The notes beneath the pieces were generated by a model. That model saw only the letters and a list, made by a program, of their open reading frames with translations, searched no databases and had not been told where the DNA came from. DNA of 64,000 bases from Antedon mediterranea (Eukaryota > Animalia > Echinodermata), in the NCBI RefSeq assembly GCF_964355755.1, contig NC_092674.1:15996001-16060000 (forward strand), in the 5' to 3' direction. Each line of letters starts with the position of its first letter. The stretch's first letter is position 1. Position numbers and translations under genes: made by a program. Shown here piece after piece: positions 37,730 to 49,987 of the stretch.

Positions 37730-38890
37730 TTATTCATTTATTTGGAATTACACCTTTAGATCGGTGGCACAATTAGCACAAAGGTGCATTCTTCACAATA
37801 ACAATAAAATATAACAATTCAGGAATTACATACAGAAAAATATAAAGGCAAAAACAATTATCAACCCTATCCCCTCCCCCCCCCCCCAACAATTTACATC
37901 GATACATACAGTAGATCATTACTTTACACAAATTAATACAAAACAAAATATAGTAAGTGTATTAAATAAAATCAACTGATAAACACAGCTTATACGAAAA
38001 CCCACCAACCCATTCCCCCCTTTCAATTTACTTAATTTTAACCATGTAGCAATGTAGATAACATAGTTATTCAGTCATGGAATTCAGTGAAATCATTCGA
38101 AATTTTCACGCTCTTTTTATGTATCTTTTACAAAAACTATCCAAAATATTTTCACACTCTTCATCAATTAAATTATATGAGTATCCCAAAATATATTTAA
38201 GTTTGTCATTTTCATGAGAAGTATAAAAAGTATCAAACATATCTTTGTTGCCATTTCTATACATATCCACATATAAATTAAATAATTCCTGATTACGTAT
38301 ATTATTTAAAGCTGGACAATTAAGGATTTGTACCGCATAATTTACATTTTTTATTATTATCAATATTCCAATTTGCAGTTCTATCATTCAAAGGTAGAGT
38401 ATTTGAACGAACTTTAAATTGTAATGCAGCACCTTTAAAATTAGTTTTATCAATTAAATAGTTTCAAGTCCAGGTTTTGATTTTAATGTTTCATAGATGT
38501 GGAGACTTGATTTTTTGTGTAATTCAATTCTCCATTCATCTATCATTATAGAGTTAAGTTTTCTTAAGATTTCAGAAATTGGAAAATAGACTTGTTGTAG
38601 GCCTAGCATTCCAATAAACATAATTTTTGGCCATCGATAGTTTTCCATCTTTATAATTCTATGGAAGTATTTCATACGAAGAGCGTTATGGATATAGTTA
38701 ATTGGAGACCAACCAAGCTCTCCGTATAAGGCGGCACAAGGTGTATTTCGAGGTGCTTTTAAGATATAGGCCTAACGCGCCATTTGGAGCTGGAGACGCT
38801 CTAGTTTATCTATATCTATTCTACTTAAAGAGTACCATACTGAACAACCATAGTTGATAGATGGGAGAACTATCGATCTCCACAGAGTAT
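37730..38890 (-). mobile_element. 3' fragment of a non-LTR retrotransposon (RTEX/L2-like)
   Basis: SIVLPSINYGCSVW, TPCAALYGELGWSPI, KYFHRIIKMENYRWPK, a C-terminal CP motif; 3' hairpin and aataaatgaataa tail near 37730-37790. Confidence 0.75.
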
Positions 38891-39059
38891 CCTCATAATA
38901 TACTCTACATAATATACTCAGTTATAAATACAGTTGAGCCACCTGCGACCATTAGAATGTCCTACCATGGTAATGTAAGAGTGGGGAAATGTTGTGCTTA
39001 CTAGTACTACTGTTTCTTTTAATAACTTATAGCAATTAATAAGAATCAAAAATACACGC

Positions 39060-39226
39060 AACAATATACAACAAATAACATTAATGTATGATCCAGTTTA
39101 ACACTGTTCTCAACTATAGTCATTTTGGTATACACTTGAGCACAGTGATAAAGAACAGGATAAACTTAACAATATACAACAAATAACATTAATGTACGAT
39201 CCAGTTTAACACTGTTCTAAACTATA
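39060..39226 (+). repeat. Dispersed tandem repeat family of about 110 bp (also 47104-47245 plus, 50680-51075 minus)
   Basis: atatacaacaaataacattaatgtacgatccagtttaacactgttctcaactatagtcattttggtatacttgagcacagtgataaag. Confidence 0.85.
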
Positions 39227-39228
39227 AA

Positions 39229-39429
39229 CAGCAATGGCAACATTCCAGAGAAGCTGCAAGAGCCTCTAATATCACACCTGATTACAATGAACGATACTCC
39301 CCGGTCTTTGAAACATCTCTCTAGGTTTTTTATTCGCGACTATTTTGGCCGAAATGACTTAACAAAGTTGAGTACGCTCCACTACCAAAGCAAATCATTC
39401 GCTATCTTATATGTACGAATAATGCCTAG
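39229..39429 (+). pseudogene. Isolated C-terminal SOCS-box fragment with a 1-nt frameshift
   Basis: SNGNIPEKLQEPLISHLITMNDTPRSLKHLSRFFIRDYFGRNDLTKLSTL, then after a frameshift PLPKQIIRYLICTNNA*. Confidence 0.8.
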
Positions 39430-40904
39430 TGTGAGACAATTCAAAAGAGACAGGGAATACCCTGCTTAATTTAGAATGAACAGTGTGGCTGTTCATTTTT
39501 AAAGGACCACCTTTTCCGGTTTATTTTTGCCGGTTGCAATCAGCAACAACTTTTGTTTTAGTTTTTTCGCGTCGCGGCTCTAGCCAGCTATGTCCCTAGA
39601 GGACATAATCAATAAAAAGACGTTTCATCGCGGTAGCTATAGTTCTAAGGCTGACGGAAATGCGACTTTGTAAACTCGACTATAATTTATAGATTCCAGC
39701 TGCTTCACCCAAAAAACTTCTGGGAAGAGTCTATGAGGTCTCACAGTTGACCCATTTTGGATTCTCGCCCTTTGATTGGTTTGCAGTTTATCACCGCCCA
39801 TTTTTAGAGATCATCTAAAAGTATGATGCTTTTTGATTGGAGTTCCGTGACAACCTGAGGTGATTGACAATTAGATTGATTTCCGAAGTGAAATTACGAT
39901 GTCTAGAACAGAATTGGTGAACTTTCAAAAATTGTCTTCGTTTTTTTCGGTAGGTTGATGCAATATTTTAAATCAAAGACACAAATAATATGAAAATATA
40001 ATGTTTGAAGTACCTATTGTTGAAATATTAAAATGATTGGTTGAGAATTGATGAACGGAAAAAGAAAATAGTAGGCATATTTCGATTTTCAATCAAGCCA
40101 TAGTCCATTTAGGTCTAGTTCCATTGTCTCAGGCTAACTTAGGACTGCCTGCAGACGACTGTCAGTAGAATTTTAGCTTAACGGAGGTTAAATCTTATAT
40201 ATATATATTACATTTTAACCAACATTGATTATAATTACAGGTCCACTTATTTTCAAGGGATATTCTGTGGTTATTAATTGAGGATTACGTTTTTTAATAA
40301 AGTATGAAAGGAATCATATTTTGTAGGTTTTTAGTTTTAATTGAATAATTTAAAAATTGTTATACTGCTATAAAAATCTATGTTTGCATTTGCTTCAGTT
40401 AACATTTATTTGTTTAAATTACAGATTATTTTTTAAGTGAATTTATTTTAATTAATTAAATTATTATTTATCAACAGGTATTTAATCTCTACAGTCATGG
40501 AAGAAAATATGAAAGAAAATTATCAGAATCAAATTCTTCAATGAACACATGATGTAATTTCGACAGTTAAAAAAAAAATGGGCATAATGTGATTTTTAAT
40601 TTAATAATTATGTTAGATTTTGTGTATTTTTGCGATTAACCAACACATTTTATTTTGTTACACGTTTCCATGGTAACAAAAACATATTTTCCATAAATTA
40701 TTAAAAATTGTGTATTTATAGTATACAATTAACTAGTGAAAAAATGGGCATGTAATTCATAATTAAAGAACTATCTTTGATTTGTATGTATTTTTGCGAT
40801 TAAATGACATCTTTTTAACAATTAATCATATATATATCTGAAGAAAGAACAATGATTAATTTTAAAATGTCGAGCGGCGTTTTTTGTAAAAAATATTTCT
40901 TGTT

Positions 40905-43900
40905 TACAGATACAGATACAGATAACTTTTATTGTCCAAATGAACTGGAAATTGCATTTGCTCACTTATCACATAAAAATATCGTATAAAAATATCATAT
41001 AAAAATAAAGTATAAAATTTAGAATAACAATATAAAAATACACAATGATTAAGATAGTAGGCCTACATCATAAAATTACAGTTCATAAATATTTAAGTTA
41101 AAAATAAAGATCATTACAAAATGGTTTAAAAATTGTCTTATATTTCATTATTAATTATATATTATATTATTAGTATTATTATTGTTATTATAGTTACCTC
41201 TTAAAGTCATCGTTAAATTTGTTTAATCCCAGCTGGGAGAAACGAATTTGAGTATCGACCCGTCCGCGCCACCACCGGCCTCAGTCTACCACTTCTACCA
41301 ATGTGGTAGCGAAGAAGATCCGAATGGCTTTCCTCCTCCATGATCGCCTGTAAACCATTTTTCAATCGTTCTCCGTAGTGACAATCGTAGACTGAGTCCG
41401 CCGTTAGCGCCGACGAGCCAATCACTCCCAATGCCCTTTCTAACACCTTACATATGCGGCCCTTATCTCCCTTGTTTATATTCCCACCCCAGCCTGATGA
41501 ATAAAACATAGTAAGTATCTCTTCCCTAACCCTAAAAACTTTCATTTTCCTCAAACAGTACAGTCTAGTATTTAATTTTTTAATTAGTTGATCTACATGC
41601 TCTCCCCATGATAAATTATTGTCATATACGTTACCCCAGATACTTATATGTTTTAACGATTTCTACCTCATGTCCTTTAATCTACTGGACAGGCTCAAGT
41701 TTTTGCTACATTAAGTTCCAGGAAATTTTCATCACAGTATTTCGTAAACCTAACTATTTAAGATTTGAAATTTGTATCGTCATCCTCTTTTATTCAACCT
41801 ATCATTGCAGAATCGTCTGCAAATTTAATTACTGGACAGTCCGGGAATCTAAGTTGGAAATCCGACGTATACAATGTGAACAGAAACGGTGCAAGTACAG
41901 TACCTTGTGGTGCTCCCGTATTTGTCCGAATAATGTCCGATCTGACATTTTGATTTAGCCTAACAAACTGGAGACGTCCAACGAGGAAGTTAAAAACGAA
42001 CGAAATTAGTAAATTGGGGATATTCATGCCGAACAACTTATTAATTAAAATGTGTGGTTGGATGGTATTAAAAGCTGAACTAAAGTCAAAGTACATAATC
42101 CAAACAGACGGGGATGTTCTCCAATTGTTAAGATGGGCATACATTTTTTCATTTTTTTGTATATTAATGCGTCTTCAGTGTTCCTGTTTCTCCGATAACC
42201 GAACTGATGTGGGTCCAAAAAATTGCAACTAATGGTTTCAGGCTTTTTAGAACAATCTTTTTACAAACTTTCATTGGGACGGATGTTAGCGCAACAGGTC
42301 TAAGATCGTTATAACACTGTATATTTTGTCGTTTAGGGATTGGGATGATGCATGACGTTTTCCAAGATTCCGGCAAGGTTTGTGTTTCAAAAATCAAGTT
42401 AAAAATATATACAAAAATATCTGCCAATTGGGTTGCACATAATTTAAGAACTTTGGGTAGAATTTGGTCTGATCCAGTTGATTTGGATGCTTTCAGACCT
42501 TTAAAGTGGCTGGTAACTTCATCCGAATTTGTCTTAAGGTCAAAACCACTTTCATCTGGTAAGGCCAACCTACTTTTGATTAAGATCTGTTCATCAGAAA
42601 AATTATAGTGATCAAACCTATTAAAGAAAGTATTTAATTCATTAGCATATTGCTTAGTCAAATTAGACACAATTCCACTTCCTTGTGGCGATTTTGCATA
42701 TCCGCTCATTTTCCTCATTCCCCTCCAAACCTTACTCATATCATTACCTACACAATTATTTTCTATTTCACGTTTGTACTTTAGTTTACTTTTACGTATT
42801 ACTCGTTTAAGTTCCTTTTGGATTTGATTTAGTTCATTTACGTCACCTCGGTCGAAGGCCTGTCTCTTTTTCTTAATAACATCTGTAACCTCCCCATTTA
42901 TCCATGGTTTACGGTTTCCGTAGATTTTAACTTTCCTTTTTGGTATTACATTTTCAGTACAAAAGTTAATATATGCACTAACCGCTTCCGTTACCTCGTC
43001 TGACCCGTTTGAATTTTCCGTAAAAACACTCCAGTCCGTAGTTTCAAATTCGCATTTCAGCTGTTCTATTGCATCTTGAGTCCACTTCTTAACAGTAATT
43101 ACCCTGGGTTTCTGCCGTTGTACTAATGGATGATACTTGGGTTGTAGTATAATTAAATTATGGTCAGATTTACCAAGTTTCGGCAATTTTGTTGATAAAC
43201 ATGCGTGTTTTACGTTTGAATAACATACGTCAAGGGTAACAGATTCCCACGTGCTGCACTTCATATGTTAGTAATAGTAAACGCTACTCTTTTTTAGGGT
43301 ACAATGATTAAAGTCTCCATTTATTACAATATATGCGTCAGGGGAAGCCGTTTCAATTTCCGCTATAACTACGGTTAGTTCTCTTTGTACTTCCTTGGCC
43401 AGATTTTTGTTTGGTATGTATACAACCACTAAAACAACATGTGAAAATTCCCTAGGGATGTAGAACGGACGTATAGAGTACCATTATTTCAACGTTAGGC
43501 GAGCACCTGTTTTTCTTTAGATGCACATTGCTTGGGTGACAATACCTTTCGCTTATATATGCCATAACACCGCCTCCTCTATTTTTTCCGGATTCGACAG
43601 TTCTATCACCTCTGAATAATGTAAACCCATCAATCCTAAAATGTTCGTCACTTTTCTCTTTACTTAACCATGTTTCCGTAAAGGCCATCACACTAACAGA
43701 TCTATATTCATGCAAATGCATAGGCCTATTTGCATTTAATCCATCCATTTTATTTACAATTGAGCGTGCGTTTCCCATAATGATTGTAGGCAAATATGGT
43801 CTACATTTCCTAGCGCGGAACCGTTTTCTAACTCCACTGGCCCTACCTCTTTTTCGCCTTCGAATATCGAAAGGTATGTCAGGCCATTTTCCAGCACCTG
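40905..43900 (-). mobile_element. Near full-length Rex1/Babar-clade LINE (APE endonuclease plus RT), inactivated
   Basis: EN: GNARSIVNK, FTETWL, GGGV, GDFN, SDHN. RT: DLRPVALTS, DFSSAFNTIQP, GAPQGTVLAP, KFADD. 3' end caatttcc...ggacaataaa followed by (TATCTG)n. Confidence 0.93.
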
Positions 43901-44437
43901 TTATTTTCGCAATAATGTTAACATAAAACTATCTTATTAATTTAATTTAAATAGCTTACATATATTATCAACTTCGACAAACAATTGTTTCATACATTAT
44001 TAAACAAAAGTGCAACCAACAAGTTCCTTGCTATAATTTATAGTTTATATAGTGTAGGGGTATCGCGTTCGTTTAAGGGAGTTTAAGGGTGGGGAGTAGG
44101 GTCGAATAAATAATTGGTATACGATGTTCATGTACCAGAACCTCGATCCCCGCATAAAACAAGACATTGCGAGGTTCTTTGGAGTCACTGGATACAAAAT
44201 TACAGTAGACTGTTGTGTAAAAATGGGTGTTTGTTTACGTTGAGGAAAGAGTGTATTTTTTGGTATGGGGGTATGATGTTATATACCATGCTATTATAGG
44301 AGTTTTTTTAAACAGAAATGTTAAGCCTTTGATTTTGGAATTATTTCCAGCTTCAATAAAACTTAAAACTCGTTTTTTTAATGAAATCTTGTTGAATTCA
44401 CATTTTGAAATACAAACATCATGAAAGTAAAAAAACA

Positions 44438-45190
44438 CTATTGGTTGTCTGCTGCAGCATCTGGAATAGTTCTGCTGTTTCGCCGCCGATGCTTGCGTGC
44501 CCATCGCCAGATCCGTCGAAGCCACGGCACACGAATTCGCCAACGGCGGCGGCGAGGTTGGGCAGTAGTACCTTCCTGCTGATTACTGCCTACTGTTGCG
44601 TTATCACCATCGATGGCTGGCGTCGTGGTCTCGTCACAATGTGCCATTACATCTCCTTGGTGTTGATTACTGCCTGCTGTTGCGTTATCATCATCAATGG
44701 TTGGCGGCGTGGTCTCGTCACAATGTGCCATTACAGCTCCTTGGTTTTGATTACTGCCTACTGTTGCGTTATCACCATCGATGGCTGGCGTCGTGGTCTC
44801 GTCACAATGTGCCATTACATCTCCTTGGTTTTGATTACTGCCTACTGTTGCGTTATCACCATCGATAGCTGGCGTCGTGGTCTCGTCACAATGTGCCATT
44901 ACATCTCCTTGGTGTTGATTACTGCCTACTGTTGCGTTATCACCATCGATGGCTGGCGTCGTGGTCTCGTCACAATGTGCCATTACATCTCCTTGGTGTT
45001 GGTTGGTTGCTCCATCACCAGCACTATGATCCATTACTCTATTCCTATCTTCGCTTCCAACTAACTGTCGTCTAGTCAGCAACGCCTGTGACTCCTCATT
45101 TTGGCGAGAATACCCTACTTCTTGAACATCGTCTATACTATTAGCACGATTAAATTTACGTTGCCTGATTTCAACTATATGTATTCGCAT
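44438..45190 (-). CDS. Orphan ORF of 250 aa with five 28-aa acidic repeats and an Arg/Trp-rich tail
   Basis: The frame stays open for about 60 codons before and about 45 codons after an 84-bp tandem array; no recognisable domain. Confidence 0.4.
   Translation of the reverse strand: MRIHIVEIRQRKFNRANSIDDVQEVGYSRQNEESQALLTRRQLVGSEDRNRVMDHSAGDGATNQHQGDVMAHCDETTTPAIDGDNATVGSNQHQGDVMAHCDETTTPAIDGDNATVGSNQNQGDVMAHCDETTTPAIDGDNATVGSNQNQGAVMAHCDETTPPTIDDDNATAGSNQHQGDVMAHCDETTTPAIDGDNATVGSNQQEGTTAQPRRRRWRIRVPWLRRIWRWARKHRRRNSRTIPDAAADNQ
44579..45005. repeat. 84-bp tandem repeat, 5 copies
   Basis: gattactgcc recurs at 44581, 44665, 44749, 44833 and 44917. Confidence 0.97.
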
Positions 45191-45197
45191 AGCTGTG

Positions 45198-46097
45198 CTA
45201 ATTCTTCCTCCGCGCTTCGTGTTTCATTTTCATCCTTATTTCTTTTCTCAGAAAATATCTCTTTCTAATAAAACCGTCATCTGGGAAAATCTGTAAATTC
45301 TTCGCATTTTCATCTCGTTTTCTTGATTTCAAACTCATTTCGTATGCGTGTGCACACATCCGACGTCTGTTTTCATAATATTGTATTTTTTCATCTATCG
45401 TTCCTCCGGGGAAAGCAGCAGCCGGTGGTTCTTGTATATTTGTAACTCGTCTATCGGCTAAGTCCACGTAATCGGACATCAGATCAGTAAACCGTTGAAT
45501 CTCAGAACGGGTACTTGCTAGCAAGTTTCTGATTGTTCCAGCATCACAATCATTTGTTGAATTTACTGAAACTTGTTTAGGTCTTCTGAACGATGGCTGT
45601 AATTCGAGAGAGTGCTCTCGGTTGTTCGGTTCATGTCTACGGCGGGTCCCAGACTTATGCACAGGACCTTAATAAAAAAGAAATGAAGATGATTTATTGA
45701 ATTGAAATATATATTTATACTGGGTAACCTCTTCAGTCAAAGACTGGTCTCCCAGAGGGCCCAGTTAGTGATCAGTGGCTGTGATGTACTAATACACCGG
45801 GGTAACCCCCTCTCGTCTCGAAAGATGTACTAGGTTCTTTAAAGTGCACACGAGCTAGATGTGTACACTGGACCTACGATTTATAGTCCTTATCCGAGAA
45901 GACTCGTTCTACCACCAGAACCATGGAGTGAGTGAGCCTCGAACCCCTGCCGATGTTATGGCTACGTTATTACGGTTCCACTGTCTTAACTGCTCGGCCA
46001 CTCACTCACTCACTAAATCAATTTAGGTAAAATCAATGCAATTACAGTATTATATAATAAAAATATTACATAAGTCAATTATCATACCATTTGGCAT
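45198..46097 (-). CDS. Candidate spliced orphan ORF (MPNG|PVHKSG..., about 160 aa)
   Basis: ATG CCA AAT G|gtatga at 46097-46088 joins in phase to the acceptor ttcttttttattaag| at 45668; the intron contains a SINE. Confidence 0.4.
45705..46014 (-). mobile_element. tRNA-derived SINE with a Deu/Nin-like central domain
   Basis: A box tggccgagcagtt, B box ggttcgaggct, core gataaggactataaatcgtaggtcc...ttaaagaacc...gagggggttaccccggtg, and a LINE-like 3' tail. Confidence 0.8.
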
Positions 46098-47244
46098 ATC
46101 TATTTATTAATTCTCTTAGATTTTTATTTAATAATAGCAGATGTGGTCAGTATAAAACGATCTTCTTCGTTTCAGCTGTTCAATTGATGTTTATTATTGC
46201 CGTTTCCATAGTACAATTTGACCCGCATTCACTTGTAAAACGCGCGCGCGTACCAACACAGATCGGAAACGATGTGCGCGCGTGTCACAGTGCGTTGTGC
46301 AATTCGGAAATGGTTCGAATATGGAGCGAACCCAAATGCGCAGACAGAAAGTGGGGAAACACCGATGCAACAATACGTCTTGCTGAAATTGCAAAGCTTG
46401 AATGAACGATACATATGAAACCTATAGGTCGTTGAGTTGTCCATAATTATTGCATTTTTCCGGAGATTCTTCATCATTTAAGTATTTCCGTATTTATCTT
46501 CATCTTATGTCCTAATATTGGGAACAATTTTCGTTGAAATTACGAACGTTCCAAACTTTAAAATAAAAGTGTTTATTTGCTTCTTTTTGCAAATTTCGAT
46601 CATAGTTTATTTCTAAAGTGCAGTTTAAGCAACACTGATGAGTTTTGAAAATTGTGGTTTTACTGACTTATTGATCAAAATAATACAATCGAACGTTTTG
46701 CTTAATAGGCCTATATTTATATAGCAGCAGCTTCATATCTTTTGTTTAAGTTTTTAAAATTAATAATTGATAATAATCATTAATTTGTATTTATTGATTA
46801 TAATTGCCAGAATTCATTAGCTTACCGGAAGTACATTCGTTTGGGACCTCCTCTGAAGTTAAAAATAATGTCGCGTGTGTTTTACCGGCGGAAAAATTAG
46901 GCGGCATACGAAGGTATTGCTGTTTGGTAGCCCGATATAGAGTGTCATTTCCGACGAACTATAGGTGCGATTTATCGTGAATTTTACGTGCGAGATTACC
47001 ATTTCCGGCTCTCTAGGGGTGTCATCCTGTGGCTAAAAAAATCGTTATCTACAGTTCTGGACTCTTGGGCAACCCCTTTAAAATAGTTCTGCGACCGCCC
47101 CTGGATCCAGTTTAACACTGTTCTAAACTATAGTCATTTTCGATACTTGAGCACAGGGATAAAAAATAGGATAAACTTGACAATATACAACAAAAATGTA
47201 CGATGTTCTCAGCTATAGTCATTTTCATATACTTGAGCAGTGAT

Positions 47245-47915
47245 ATGAATATGACGCGGACACGTACATATGTTGATGAGTATATTGATAATATAAATTG
47301 ACTTTTAAAAGTGAAATAACACTAATGATCGTATATGAATATGACGTGGACACGTACATTTATTGAGGAGTATATTGATATAAAAATCGACCTTTAAAAG
47401 CGAAATAACACTAATATTTGTAGATGAATATGACGTGGACACGTATACAATGTTGATGATTATATTGATATAAATTAACTTTTAAAAGTGAAATAACAAT
47501 AATGATTGTAGATAAATATGACGTGGACACGTATACATATGTTGATTGATGATGATCATATATGAATATGACGTGAATTGCACGTACATATGTTGATGAG
47601 TAGGCCTATATTGATATCATTGACTTTGAAAGTGAAATAACACTATATATTGTAGATGAATAAGACGTGTGAATTGCACATACGTTGATGAGTAGGCCTA
47701 TATTGATATAATTGACTTTGAAAAGTGAAAAAACACTAATATTTGTAGATGAATAATACGTGTGAATTGCACGTACATATGTTGATGAGTAGGCCTATAT
47801 TGATGATTGACTTCGAAAAGTGAAAAAACACTAATATTTGTAGATGAAAATGACGTGGATACGTATACATGATGAGTATATTGATATAAATCGACTTTTA
47901 AAAGTGAAATAACAC
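47245..47915. repeat. Tandem repeat of about 89 bp, about 7-8 units; further units at about 48160-48250 and 49600-49670
   Basis: gatgaatatgacgtggacacgtacatatgttgatgagtatattgatata...ttttaaaagtgaaataacactaa. Confidence 0.92.
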
Positions 47916-47939
47916 TATCTTGTCCAAGTACCTTCACTT

Positions 47940-47976
47940 GCACTGATGAAGGGCTAGTGTTGCCCGAAAGCTCTGC
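47940..47976 (+). ncRNA. Intact minimal hammerhead ribozyme motif within a repeat of about 180 bp (47916-48098)
   Basis: gca CTGATGA a gggc-tagtgtt-gccc GAAA gctc tgc; stem III palindrome AGCT. Confidence 0.8.
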
Positions 47977-48309
47977 TAACTTTTCTGGCTGTTTTACTTT
48001 ATCGTTTTGATTTAGCTTTTCGCTTTTTTTTTTGTATCTCCATTTACAGCATTGTCATTATATATTTCACTATTTTGCCTTTGGATTTACAAATATTAAA
48101 AGTTGATTAAAAGATGATATGACATTTATGTTAATGTATATATTTTTGTATATATAATATGCACGCATACATATGTTGATTGGTATTGATATAAATAGAC
48201 TTTTGAAAATGAGACTTTATTTGTAGATGAATATGTCATGGACACGTTGCAAAAAATACTATCGTTATATCGTATATACATGTTTTTTTTTTCTCTTTTG
48301 TGAGGTTCA

Positions 48310-49585
48310 CTCACCTTTATTTCATTTCAAAACATAATCATTTTGATAAATAAACTATTTTTTTTTTATGTTTGTGTATTATCTTTTTTAAATATATAAA
48401 TATTTTCATTTATAAATATTAAGTTTCCCCTTACATCTTAAAAAAAACTCTGTAAGAGATCATTTATACATTTACATTACATATAAATTGAAACAATATC
48501 AATGAATATAGAGAATCAAAAGCAACTCAATAACTAGTTTCTTATAATAGTATAGCATTTTCCGTGCTTCTTGTCTACTCTCCTTTTTATTTTTTTTTCT
48601 CTTTTCTGTTTTATTTAAACTATTTAGCCTACATTTTTGTACAAATTACTTTATTTACAGTAACCTTCAAAATAAAAAAATTAATAAAATACATTCATGG
48701 AATGCTCTTGTGTAAGTATATTTTTAAACATGATCCATGAGGTTTTACAGATTGACCTATTTAATTTTGACAATATTTTTATTTTATATATGGAATATAG
48801 AGCAATTGAGTATAACTTATTCTTTATATTGCATTCAGACCCAAAAACTAGTTTTTCAAAAGAACAGTTAATATTATTATATCTAAATTTTTTAATATTT
48901 CATTGATTTTTTTCCATAATAAGACATTGTTTTACATTTGAAAAACATGTGGTTTTCATCCTCAGTTACATCACATAACTCACATTTGTTTGTGTTTTTA
49001 ATTTTCCATTTATATAATTGTAAATTTGTTGGTAAAATTCTAAAAAGCAATTTGTAATTAAGTTGTGCATATTTTTTGTTTTTCTCATTTTTTACTTTTC
49101 TTGACCAAATATCAAACCAGTTTGTAATTTCAATACCAATTTCTTTTTTCTTATTTGTGAATGGTAAATAGGAGCAACAAACATACCTTCTATAAAACTT
49201 GAATATATCTGTTTTGTTTACATCTTAAATATCTTATTTATGTTATAATCATCTGAATTTAATTTAAAACTATTTTCGTTATAATTTTTTATTAAATCCA
49301 GCCAACATTTAGGAATAGCTTGCATAAGTGTAGCGTATTCACTAAGCCATTTTCTTTTGACATTTAATTTTATAAGATTTCATGTGTGGTGGTTCATTAG
49401 TCTATTGATTTTTACTAAATCATTGATATGGTTGAAACCTACATTACTCCACGTTTTATAAAACAAGGTAGTGTTTTTACAAACAAATTCCTTTTTACCC
49501 CAAAGGTTTTCTTGTATAACATAATTATAAGATGTTACCTTATTGTTTATATTTGTATTAAATTCTGCACAACTTTTTATTACAT
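48310..49585 (-). mobile_element. Tx1/L1-clade LINE 3' fragment
   Basis: Minus-strand reading gives NLWGKKEF...FYKTWSNVGFNHINDL, EYATLMQAIPKCW and a CCHC knuckle CELCDVTEDENHMFFKC. Confidence 0.8.
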
Positions 49586-49987
49586 TTGATCATATCGTAT
49601 TGTTGATGAGTATTGGTTTAAATCGACTTTTTAAAGTGGAATAACACTAAAATGTATAGATGGATATGGCCTCAACAAGTATTGTATTTTGGGGTACTGT
49701 ATGTATATTGATAGACTTACAACCTATAGGCCTAATGCTAATGAAATCTGGCAACAAGAATTATGTTTGACCCTAATAGTATTCTACTAATAATCTTGGT
49801 TTGTGAAGGAGGCATGCAAAATCCAAACGCGTAGCAAAGGGGGAGGGGTTGGATTGGCGTGCAAACGCGACTCTACAGCTTGGTCGGTCGGTAGGTAAAA
49901 ACTAACTCAAATTTGAGCACGCGACTGCAGCCATGTATAATATGACCTTGTTAAACTAGAAATCATCAGTGAAAGTATAATATGTAA

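Noticed and set aside
44405-45075. Plus-strand Cys-rich hydrophobic repeat ORFs
   Set aside because: Probably the antisense shadow of the 84-bp array. The minus frame has longer unique flanks and splice support, but the plus frame is not fully excluded.
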